Below, in pieces: positions 1-11,700 of a stretch of DNA of 64,000 nt (the first letter of the stretch is position 1; every line of letters begins with the position of its first letter). The position numbers and the translations under genes are program-made. Origin of the DNA: Candidatus Marinacidobacterium sp. (GTDB lineage Bacteria; Acidobacteriota; Vicinamibacteria; Marinacidobacterales; Marinacidobacteraceae). Where the stretch lies: contig OZ242011.1 of assembly GCA_965204755.1 (NCBI GenBank), positions 896,001 to 960,000 of the forward strand. Direction: 5' to 3'. The notes beneath the pieces are model-generated. The model was not told the DNA's origin, made no database searches, and was given only the letters and a program-made list of their open reading frames with translations.

Positions 1-2710
1 CCGTCGGGGCGACCGCGTCGGCGGCGGCGCCGTCCACCCGAAAGTCGGCGGCGTTCGCGATCGCGTGGGCGCCGAGGCCGAGCGCCGCGTCGTTCGGCGC
101 CGGGTCGCCCTGCGCGTCGGTCGCGTCGTCCCGGATCGTCCCGCCGTTCAGCCGGAGCGCCGAGGCGCCGACGCCGATCCCGTCGGCGTCCCGGTCGCCG
201 GCGGCCACGGTGTAGCGGAAGACCAGCGAGCGCCCGCCGCTGCCGGAGGAGGCGTAGTCCGCCCGGCGGGTGTCCGCCCCGACGGTGAGGGCGGCCTGCG
301 GGGTCCCGGTAACGGTCACCGGCTCGTGGAACTCGACCGTTACTTCGAGGAGGTCGCCGGCGATGAAGACGCCGCCCGCGCCCTGCGCCCGGCCCGAAAG
401 GGTTACCCCGACGACCGTCGGCGCGACCGCGTCGGCGCCGTCGCCGTCGATCCGGAAGTCGGCGGCGTCGGTGATGTCGTAGGGGCCCGCGGCGAACGAC
501 GGGGCGTTGCCGGCGGCGTCCGCGATCGTCGCGCTCCCCAGACTGATCCCGAACGGGCTCACGCCGATCCCGTTCGAGTCCAGGTCGAGGGCGCCCACCG
601 TGTGGCGGAACACCAGGGAGGTCGTCCCGCTGCCGGAGACCGGGTCGGCGAACTGGTCGCCGGAGGCGATGTGGAACACCAACAGCGGGGTTCCGGTAAC
701 CGTTACCGGCTCGTCGAACTCGAGGACCGCTTCGATCCGGTCGCCGGCGATGAAGACGCCGTTCGCGCCGTTGCCGGTTCCCCGCAGGGAGAGGCCGGTA
801 ACCCTCGGCGCGACCCGGTCGGCGGCGGCGCCGTCCACCGGGAAGGCGGCGGCGTTCGCCACCGCGTGGGCGCCGAGGCCGGTCTCGGCGGCGTTGCCGC
901 CGGCGTCCACGATCCGCCCGCCGGCCAGCGTGAGCGCCGAAACCGGGACGGAGATCCCGTCGGGGTCGGTGTCCCCGCCGGCCACGGCGTAGCGGAAGAC
1001 CAACTCCGCCGAGCCGCTGCCGGAGGCGTAGTCCGCCCGGCGGGTCGCCGAGCCGACGACGAGCGCCAACTGCGGGGTCCCGGTAACCGTTACCGGCTCG
1101 CTGAAGGTGACCGTGGCTTCGATGGCGTCGCCTTCGATGTAGGCGCCGTTCGCGCCCTGCGGCGCCGGGGCCGCCCCGGCGAGCGCGAGCCCGGTAACCG
1201 TCGGCGCCACCGAGTCGCGGGCGCTCCCGTCCACCGCCGGGCCGCCGTCGGTTACCGCGTGGTCGCCGAGGCCGATCTCGGCGGCGTTGCCGGCGGCGTC
1301 CTCGACGGTCCCGCCGTTCAGGCCCAGCGCGTCGGCGGCGACGGAGATCCCGTTCGCGTCGGCGTCGGCGGCGCCCACGGTGTAGCGGAAGACCGCCTCG
1401 TCCGTCCCGCTGCCGGAGGAATACTCCGCGTAGCGGGTGGCCGTCCCGACGGCGAGCGCCAGCCGCGGAATCCCGGTAACCGTTACCGGCTCGTCGAACG
1501 CGACGGTTACCCCGATCGCGTCCCCGGCGATGAAGACGCCGTTCGCGCCGCGCGCCACGCCGGAAACCGTTACCCCGGTAACCGCCGGCGCGCGGACATC
1601 GGCGGCGCCGCCGTCCACCGGGAAGGCGGCGTCGTTCGCCACGGCGTGGGTTCCGAGGCCGAGCGCGGCCGCGTTGCCCGAACCGTCGGCGATCGTCCCG
1701 CCGTTCAGCGCGAGCGCCGAAGCCCCGACGGAGATCCCGTCGGCGTCGGCGTCGCCGGCCGCCACCAGGTAGCGGAACACCGGCGAGTCGGTCCCGCCGC
1801 CGAGCGCGTAGTCGGCGTAGCGGGTGGCCGTCCCGATGGTCAGCGCCACCCGCGGCGTCCCGGTAACCGTTACCGCTTCGTGGAACTCGACGGTTACCTC
1901 GAGGGCGTCGCCGGCCACGAAGACGCCGCCCGCGCCCTGCGGCCGGCCGGAGAGCGAGACCCCGGTAACCGTCGGCTCGATGCGGTCGGCCCCGCTCCCG
2001 TCCATCCGGAAGCCGCGGTCGTAGGAATGCCGGTCGGTAACCGCGTGGTCGCCGAGGTCGAGCGCGGCGTCGTTGCCGGCGGCGTCGACGATCGTCCCGC
2101 CGTTCAGCGTGAGCGCCGAGGCGCCGATGCCGATCCCGTCGGTGTCCCGGTCGAACGACTGCACCCGGTAGCGGAACACCGGCGCCCCGTCCCCGAGGCC
2201 CGGGACATAGGCCGCCGCCCGGGTCCCGTTGCCGACGGAGAGCGACAACTGCGGGGTTCCGGTAACGGTTACCGCTTCGCTGAACTCCACCGTTACGAAG
2301 ATCTCGTCGCCGGCGATGAACATCGCGCCGATCGCGCCGTTGGCGATGCCGGAGAGCGAGACCCCGGTAACCGTCGGGCCCACCGTGTCCGGGGCGCTCC
2401 CGTCCACCGTGACCTCCCCGTCGGTGATCGCGTGGGCGCCGAGGCCGAGGGCCGCGGCGTTGCCGGCGGCGTCGGCGATCGATCCGCCGGCCGGGGTCAG
2501 CGCCGGGGCGGCGACGGAGATCCCGTCCGGGTCGGCGTCCTCGGCGACGACGGCGTAGCGGAAGACCAGCGAGGCCGAGCCGCTGCCGGAGACATACCCG
2601 GCCGGCCGGGTGTTCGCCCCGATCGCGAGGGCCAACTCCGGCGTCCCGGTAACGGTCACGGTCTCGCTGAACTCGACCGTCGCTTCGACGGCGTCGCCGG
2701 CGAGGAAGAC
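1..2710 (-). CDS. Giant adhesin segment 4 (about 7 repeats, open to the window edge)
   Basis: Manual translation from 2710 gives VFLAGDAVEATVEFSETVTVTGTPELALAIGANTRPAGY..., and the repeats continue to position 1. It is absent from the ORF track, consistent with no stop codon inside the window. Confidence 0.85.
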
Positions 2711-5700
2711 CCGTTCGCGCCGCGCGGCGCCGGGGCGACCCCGGCGAGCGAGAGCCCGGTAACCGTCGGCGCCACCGCGTCCGCCGCCGACCCGTCCACC
2801 GTGAAGGCGGCGTCGTCGGTGATGGCGTGACTCCCGAGGCCGAGCGACGCCGGGTTCCGCCTTGGCGAGGCGTCCCGGATCGTCCCGCCGTTCAGGGTGA
2901 GCGCCGAGGCCCAGACGCTGATCCCGTCGGAGTCCGCGTCGCCGGAGGCCACGGTGTAGCGGAAGACCAGCGAAGTCGTCCCGCTGCCGGAGACATACCC
3001 CGCCTGCCGGACGGCGCTCCAGATGGTGAGGGCCACCTGCGGGGTCCCGGTAACCGTGGCCGCTTCGTCGAACTCGACGGTTACCTCGATCTCGTCGCCG
3101 GCGATGAAGACGCCGTTCGCGCCCTCGGCGGCCCCGGCGAGCGAGACGCCGGTAACCGCCGGGCCGAGCGCGTCCGGGAAGTTCCCGGCCACGAGCGCCG
3201 CGCCGTCGTCGGTTACGGCGCGGGTTCCGAGGCCGAGCGCGGCGGCGTTGCCGTTGGCGTCCCGGATCGTCCCGCCGTTCAGCGCGAGCGCCGAGGCCCC
3301 GACGCTGATCCCGTTCGGGTCGTGGTCCGCGCTCACCACCGTGTAGCCGAACACCAGGGCGGTCGTCCCGCTGCCGGAGAGAAGGTCCGCCTGCCGGGTG
3401 TTCGCGCCGATGGTGAGCGCCAACTGCGGCGTCCCGGTAACCGTCACCGTTTCGCTGAACTCGACGGTGACGCGGATCTCGTCCCCGCCGACGAAGTAGC
3501 CGCCCTGGACGCCCTGCTTCCGGCCCGAGATCGTTACCCCGGTAACCGTCGGCGCGACCGCTTCCGTCGCGTCGTGGGCCACCGCCGCGCCGCCGTCGGT
3601 GATCGCGTGCCGGCCGAGGCCCAGCGCGGCGGGGTGGGCGAGGGCCGAGCGGTCCACGATGTTCCCGCCGTTCAGCGAGAGCGCCGAGGCGCCGATGCTG
3701 ATCCCGTCCGGGTCGGAGTCGGGGGCGGCCACGGTGTAGCGGAAGACCAGCGAAGCCGTCCCGCTGCCGGAGGCGTAGCCGGCGTGGCGGGTCCCGGCGC
3801 CGATCTCGAGCGCCAGGCGCGGCGCGCGGAGGACCGCCACCGGCTCGCTGAACTCCACGGTTACCTCGATCGCGTCCCCGGCGATGAAGACGCCCTGCGG
3901 GCCGCTGGCCGCCCCGCCGACGGTTACGGCGACGACCGACGGGGCGACCACATCCACGCCGTCCCCGTCCACCGTGAAGTCGGGGTCGTCGTCGAGCCGG
4001 CGGGTTCCGAGGCCGAGCGCCGCGTCGTTCCCCGCGTCGTCCCGGATCGTCCCGCCGGCCAGCGAGAGCGCGCTGGCCGGGACGCTGACGCCGTCGGCGT
4101 CCTCGTCGGAGGCGGACACCGCGGCGCGGAAGACCAGCGAGCGGGTCCCGCTGCCGGAGGCGTAGGCCGCCGGCGACAGGAGGCCGACGAGCGCCAACTC
4201 CGGGGTCCCGGTAACCGTTACCGGCTCGTCGAAGTCCACGGTGGCCGCGATCTCGTCCCCGGCGAGGAAGTCGCCGCCCGGGCCCTGCCCGTCGCCGGAG
4301 AGCGCCACCCCGACGACCGTCGGCCCCACCTCGTCGGCGGCGGCCGCGTCCACCGGGAAGCCGGGGTCGTCGGTGATCGCGCGGGTTCCGAGGCCGAGCG
4401 CGGCGGCGTTCCCCGCGGCGTCCCGGATCGTCCCGCCGGCCAGCCCGAGCGCCGAGGCGGGGACCGAGACGCCGTTCGCGTCCGAGTCGCCGGAGGCCAC
4501 CGTGTAGCGGAAGACCAGCGAGCGCGTTTCGCTGCCGGAGACATACGCCGCCTGCCGGGTGGCCGCGCCGATCTCGAGCCCCACCCGCGGCGTCCCGGTA
4601 ACGATCACTTCCTCGCTGAAGGTGAGCGTCGCCCGGATCCCGTCGCCGGCGACGAAGACGCCGCCCGCGCCCTGCGGCGCCGGGGCGGCGGCGGAGAGGG
4701 CCACCCCGGTAACCGTCGGCGCGACCCGGTCCGCCAGGTTCCCGGCCACCGCGAAGCCCGCGGCGTCCGCCGCCGCGTGGGCGCCGAGGCCGAGCGCGGC
4801 GTCGTTGCCGGCGGCGTCCCGGATCGTCCCGCCGTTCAACCCGAGCGCCGAAGCCGGGACGGAGATCCCGTCGGGGTCGGAGTCCCCGGCGGCCACGGCG
4901 TAGCGGAAGACCAGCGAAGTCGTCTCGCTGCCGGAGTGGTAGTTCGCGCGGCGGGCGGCGCTCCCGATCCCGATCTCCAGTTGCGGGGTCCCGGTAACCG
5001 CCGCCGCTTCGTCGAAGGCGACCGTCGCCTCGATCACATCGCCGGCGAGGAAGACGCCGTCCGGGCCGCGCCCCTCCCCGGCCAGGGTCAGCCCGGTTAC
5101 CGCCGGCCCCCGCGCGTCGGCGGCGCCGCCGTTCACCCGGAAACCGGCCAGGGCCTGGTCCTCGTTGCCGAAGATCTGGGGCTGGTTGTTGGCGCGGTCC
5201 GTGAAATTGGCGCTGGAGACCCCGAGCCGAATCCGCCCGCCGGCATACCGGTCGGCCGACTGCACCACCTGGCGGAAGCGGAACAGGGCCGTGTCCGACC
5301 CGGAGAGGTACGGCGCCCGTCGGACGGGGCTGCCGCTGGTCGGCATTTGGATCTGGAGGTCCGGCCGGGCGATCGTCTTGCGGACCGGCTCGTCGAACCG
5401 GACTTCCCAGACGATCACATCGCCGGCGATGAAGACGCCGCCGGCGCCCGAGGGGATCCCGGTGGGAGTGACGAGGACCGCCTTCGGCCGGCGGGTGTCC
5501 CGGGCGCCGCCGTTCAGCCGGAAGTCCGGGTCGTTCCTCACCGCGTGCGCCCCGAGTTCGAGCGCCGCCGCGTTGTTCGCCAGGTCGCGGATCAGCCCGG
5601 CGTTCCGGGTCAGCGCCGAGGCGGCGACGGTGAGCCCGTCGCTGTCCCGGTCGGCGGCCCCCACGGTGTAGCGGAACCGCAGCGTCGGCGTCCCGCCGCC

Positions 5701-8700
5701 GGAGCGGTAGTCCGCCTGGCGGGTGCTCCAGCCCACGGTGAGCGCCAACTGCGGCGGCCCGCTGACCGTTACCGGCTCGCTGAAGGTGACCGCCACCTCG
5801 ATGGCCTCGCCGGCGCGGTAGAGGCCGGCCCCGGCCTGCGGCGCCGGCGGGACCCCGGCGAGTTCGAGCCGGGTGACCGTCGGGGCGGTCCCGTCCCGGG
5901 CGGTCCCGTCCACCTTCGGGCCGCCGTCCGGGAAGGCGTGGACGCCCAGGTCGAGCGAGGCGGCGTCGCCGCCGGCGTCCGCGATGGTCCCGCCGTTCAG
6001 CGTCAGCGCCGAGGCGCCGACGCCGATCCCGTCCGGGTCCCGGTCGTCCGCCGCCACGGTGTAGCGGAAGACCGGCGAAGCGGTCCCGCCGCCGGAGGAC
6101 TCGTAGTCCGCCTGCCGGGTGGCCGCGCCGATCGTCAGGGCCAACTGCGGCGTCCCGGTAACCGTTACCGCCGAGTCGAAGTCCACGGTCGCCTCGATCA
6201 CATCGCCGGCGAGGAGGACCCCGCCCGGCCCGCGCCCGGCCCCGGAGACGGTTACCCCGGTTACCGCCGGGGCGCGGCGGTCGGCGGCGGCGCCGTTCAC
6301 CCGGAAGTCGGCGTCGTTCGCCGCCGCGTGCGCCCCGAGCGAGAGCGCGGCGGCGTTCGGCGTCCCCACCAGCGCCCCCGAGATGTCCAGGATCGTCCCG
6401 CCGTTCAGCGCGAGCGCCGAAGCGCCGAAGCCGACCCCGTCCGCATCGAGGTCGCCGGCCGCCACCAGGTAGCGGAACGAGAGCGAGGAGGTCCCGCTGC
6501 CGGAGGCGTAGTCCGCCTGCCGGGTGGCCGCGCCGACGGCGAGGGCGACCTGCGGGACGCCGGTAACCGCCACCGGCTGGTCGAAGTCCACGGTTACCCC
6601 GAGGGCGTCGCCGGCGATGAAGACGCCGTTCGCGCCCTGCCCGGTCCCCGAGAGCGCCGCCCCGACCACCGCCGGCGCCACCGCGTCCGCCGCCGCCCCG
6701 TTCACCGGGAAGGCGGCGGCGTTCGCCACCGCGTGGGCCCCGAGGCCGAGCGCGGCGCCGCCGCCGGCGGCGTCCCGGATGGCGCCGCCGTTCAGGGTGA
6801 GCGCCGAGGCGCCGACGCCGATCCCGTCCGCGTCCGAGTCCCCGGCCGCCACCGCGTAGCGGAAGACCGCCGTGGTCGTCCCGCTGCCGGAGACATACCG
6901 GGCGTACCGGGTGGCGCTGCCGATGGTGAGCGCCGCGCGCGGGCGCCCGGCGACGGTTACCGGCTCGCTGAAGGCGACGGCGACCCGGATCACCTGGCCG
7001 GCGATGTAGGTCCCGCCGGCGCCCTGCGGCGCGCCGTCGGCGGAGAGGGTGAGGCCGGTTACCGAGGCTTCGGCGCTCACCGCGAAGGCGCCGTCGGCGG
7101 CGATCGCGTGGGCGCCGAGGCCGAGCGCGGCGGCGTTGCCCGAGGCGTCCCGGATGGTCCCGCCGTTCAGCGAGAGCGCCGAGGCCGGGACGCTCACGCC
7201 GTCCGGGTCGGAGTCCCCGCTCGCCACGGTGTAGCGGAAGACCAGCGAAGTCGTCCCGCCGCCGGAGACATACCGGGCGTGGCGGGTGGCGGCGCCGACG
7301 GCGAGGGCGACCACCGGGGTCCCGGTAACGGTCGCCTCCTCGTGGAAGTCCACGGTTACGGTGAGGAGGTCGCCGGCCCGGAAGACCCCGTCCCGGCCGC
7401 TCCCGGTCCCGGACAGCGCCGCGCCGGTGACCCGGGGCGCGGCCACATCCGAGCCGTCCCCGTCCACGGTGAACGGCGACGAAGAGAGGTTGCTGTCGAG
7501 GAAGAGGGAGGCGTTGCCGGCGCGGTCCTCGATGGCCGACAGGTGTATGCGGAGGCCCAGGTTCCCGCCGGAGTACTCGTCGCCCGCCGCCACTTCGTAG
7601 CGGTAGCGGAGCAGGGTCGAACCCGACCCCGAGGCGTAGGTCGCGGTCCTCTTGTTCGCCTCCGAGCGGGCGCCGAAGTACAGGTCGATGGTCGGCGTCC
7701 CCGTAACCGTCACCGGCTCCGTGAACCGGACCTCCCAGGTGATCACATCGCCGGCGATGAAGGCGCCGCCCGCGCCGGAGCCGGTCCCGGTCGGGGTTAC
7801 GGAAACGATCCCCGGCGGGGTCCCGTCGGCGGCGGCCGCGCCGTCCACCCGGGCGGCGGCGTGGTTCGCCACCGCCTGCGTCCCGAGGCCCGGCGTGGCG
7901 GCGCCGGTGGCCGGGTTCCGGATCGTCCCGCCGGCCAGGGTGAGCGCGGTCGCCGCGATGCCGATCCCGTCGGCGTCCCGGTCCGCCGCCGCCACGGTGT
8001 AGCGGAACGCCAGCGCGGTCGTCCCGCTGCCGGAGGCGTAGTCCGCCTGCCGGGTGGCCGCGCCGACGGTGAGGGCCAGTTGCGGGGTCCCGGTAACCGT
8101 CACCGCCTGGCTGAACTCGACCGTTACTTCGATCCGGTCGTTCTCCCGGAACACCCCGCCGGCGCCGGTGGGGCGGCCCCCGATCGCGAGGCCGGTGACC
8201 ATCGGCCGGACCGCCGGGGCGGCGCTCCCGTCCACCGCCGCGTCCCCGTCGCTGACCGCGTGGGCGCCGAGGTCGAGCGCGGCGGCGTTCTCGCCGTTCG
8301 CGGCGTCGGCGATCGTCCCGCCGTTCAGGGTCAGCGCCGAAGCCCCGATGCTGATCCCGTCGGCGTCCCGGTCGGCCCGCGCCACCCGGTAGCGGAAGGA
8401 GAGCGAAGCGGTCCCGCTGCCCGAGCGGTAGTCCGCCTGCCGGAGGGCGCTCCCGACCGCGATCCCGACCTGCGGGATCCCGGTAACGGTTACCGCTTCG
8501 CTGAACGCCACGGCCACCTCGATCCGGTCGCCGGCGACGAAGACCCCGTTCTCGCCCCGCGCCGCGCCGGAGACCGTTACCCCGGTTACGAAGGCCGGCG
8601 AGGCGTCGGCGCCGTCCCCGTCCACCGCGAAGCCGGCGGCGTCTTCGATCGCGTGGGCGCCGAGGGCCAGGGCCGCCGCGTTGGGCGCCGCCGCGCCGTC

Positions 8701-11700
8701 GGTGATCCTCCCGCCGTTCAGCGCGAGCGAGGAGACGGAGACCCCGTCGGGGTCGGAGTCGCCGGCGGCCACGGTGTAGCGGAAGACCAGCGAAGTCGTC
8801 CCGCTGCCGGAGGCGTAGGCCGCCGGCCGGGTGTGCGCCCCGACCGCGAGCGCCGCCTGCGGCATCCCGGTAACGGTTACCGCCTCGTCGAACGCGACGG
8901 TTACCTCGATCCGGTCGCCGGCGATGAAAGCGCCGTTCGCGCCCTGCCCGGTCCCGGAGAGCGCCGCGCCGACCACCGCCGGCGCGACCGCGTCGGCGGC
9001 GGCGGCGTCCACCGTCAGGTCGCCGTCGGTGATCGCGCGGGTTCCGAGGCCGAGCGCGGCGTCGTTCCCCGAAGCGTCCTCGATGTCCCCGCCGTTCAGC
9101 GTGAGCGCGGAGGCGCCGACGGAGATCCCGTCGGGGTCGGAGTCGCCGGCGGCCACGGTGTAGGCGAAGACCAGCGCGGAGGTCCCGCTGCCGGACGCGT
9201 AGTCCGCCTGCCGGGTGGCCGCGCCGATCCCGAGCGCCAGCCGGGGCGTCCCGGTAACGGTTACCGGCTCGTGGAACTCGACCGTCGCCTCGATCCGGTC
9301 GCCGACCCGGAAGTGCGCCGCGCCCTGGCGGCGGCCGCCGAGGGTCAGGCCGGTAACCGTCGGCCCCCGGGTGTCGGCGCCGTCGCCGTCCACCACCAGG
9401 TCGCCGTCGGTGACCGCGTGGTCGCCGAGGCCGAGCGCGGCGGCGTTCCCCGCGGCGTCGGCGATGGTCCCCTCGTTCAGCGAGAGCGCCGAAGCGGCCA
9501 CGCTGATCCCGTTCGCGTCGTCGTCGGCGGTTACCACGGTGTAGCGGAAGACCGCCGAAGCGGTCCCGCTGCCGGAGGCGTAGTCGGCCTGGCGGGTCTC
9601 CCCGCCCACCCCGAGCGCGAGGCGCGGCGTCCCGGTAACGGTTACCGGTTCGTCGAAGGTGACCGTCGCCTCGATCCCGTCGCCGGCGATGAAGACGCCG
9701 CCCGCCCCCGAGCCGGTCCCGGAGAGGGCGAAGCCGGAGACGGCGGGGGAGACCAGGTCGCCGGGAATGATGAAGTCCGGGTCGGCGGCGGGGGCGTGGC
9801 CTCGCAGGTAGATGGACCCGTCCCGGCCGGCGGCGTCCCTCAGCCGGCCGCCGTTCCGGTCGATCCAGTCCTCGACGCCGACCCCGTCGTCGTCGGCGTC
9901 GCCGACGGCCACGGTGTAACGGAAGGTGACCGAAGCCGTCCCGCTGCCGGAGGCGTAGTCCGCGAGGCGGCGCTCCCCGCCGATGCTGAGCCGCCCCCGG
10001 GGCGCGCCGGTAACCGTTACCGGCTCGTGCCAGGTAACGGTCAGCGAGATCACATCGCCGGGGAGGAAGACCCCGTTCGCGCCCGACCCGGTTCCCGAGA
10101 GCGAGGCCGCGAGCACCCTCGGCTCGACGCTGTCGGGCCAGGTCCCCCGCACCGGGTAGCCCCTCCTCGCGGTTCCCAGGCCGAGCGCCGCGGCGTTCCC
10201 GGAGGCGTCGACGATGCTCCCGCCGTTCAGGGTCAGCGCGGAAGCGCCGACGACGACGGCGGACGGAGCCTCGTGGCTCGCCTCCACGGTGTAGGCGAAG
10301 GAGAGCGAGTCGGTCCCGCTGCCCGAGGCATGGACCGCCTGCGCGGCGCCGCCCTGCAGGGTCACTTCCAGTTGCGGCGAGCCGGTGACGGTTACCGGTT
10401 CGTCGAACGCGACCGTGATGGTCATGACATCGCCGGCGATGAAGACCCGGCCGCCCCCGGAGTTGCCGATCCCGCTGAAGGAGACGCCGGTTACCGTCGG
10501 CCCGGCGACATCGGTGACGCTCCCGTCCACCACCGCCCCGCCGGCGGCGGCCGCGTGGGCGCCGAGGCCGATCTCCGCGGCGTTCCCGGAGGCGTCGGCG
10601 ATGCTCCCGCCGTTCAGCGAGAGCGCCGAGGCGCCGACGGCGAGCCCGTCCGGGTCGGCGTCGGCGGCGGCCACGGTGTAGCGGAAGACCGCCGAGGCGG
10701 TCCCGCTGCCGGAGGCGTAGTCCGCGTGGCGGGTGGCGCTCCCGATGACCAGCGCCACCCGCGGCGTCCCGGTAACCACCGCCGCTTCGTGGAACTCCAC
10801 GGTCACCTCGATGGCGTCCCCGGCGATGAAGACCCCGTTCGCGCCGCTGGCCGCGCCGCCGACCGTTACCCCGGTAACCGTCGGGCCGACCACATCGGCC
10901 GCCGACCCGTCCACCGGGAAGTCGGCGGGGTCGAGGATCTCGTGGGCCCCGAAGCCGAGCGCCGCCGCGTTGCCCGCGGCGTCCCGGATCGTCCCGCCGT
11001 TCAGCAGGAGCGCCGAGGCGCCGACGCTGACCCCGTTCCGGTCGCGGTCCCCGGAGACCGCGGCGTAGCGGAAGACCAGCGAAGCGGTCCCGCTGCCGGA
11101 GGCGTAGGCGGCGTACCGGGTCGCCGACCCCACCCACAGCGCCACGCTCGGCGGCCCGGCGACCGTAACCGGCTCGTCGAAGTCCACCCGGACCTCGATG
11201 GCGTCGCCGGCGATGAAGACGCCGTTCGCGCCGTTCCCCCGGCCGGCGAGCGCCACCCCGGTTACCGCCGGGCCGCGGGCGTCCGCGCCGGGCCCGTCCA
11301 CCCGGAAGCGGCGGTCGTCCACCACCTCGTGGGCGCCGAAGTCGACGACGGTGGAGGTGGAAGCGCCCCCGGGGGCGTTGCCGGCGGCGTCGAGGACGCT
11401 CCCGCCGTTCAGCCGGAGCGCGAATCTCTGGATGCTCGGCGTGGAAGTCCGGTCGCCGGCGACGACGGTGTAGGCGAACACCGCGAAGTCGGCGCCCGAC
11501 TCCGCCGCCGAGTACGGGGCGAGGCGGGTCGTCCCGAGGACCATTTGGAGGAACGGGGCGCCGGTAATCGTTACCGGCTCCGAGAACCGCACCCGCGCGC
11601 GGAGCACATCCCCGGCGATGAAGGCGCCCCCGGCGCCCTGGCCCCGCCCGAAGAAGGCCACCCCGGTAACCGTCGGCCGGGTGGTGTCGCGCCCGTCCCC

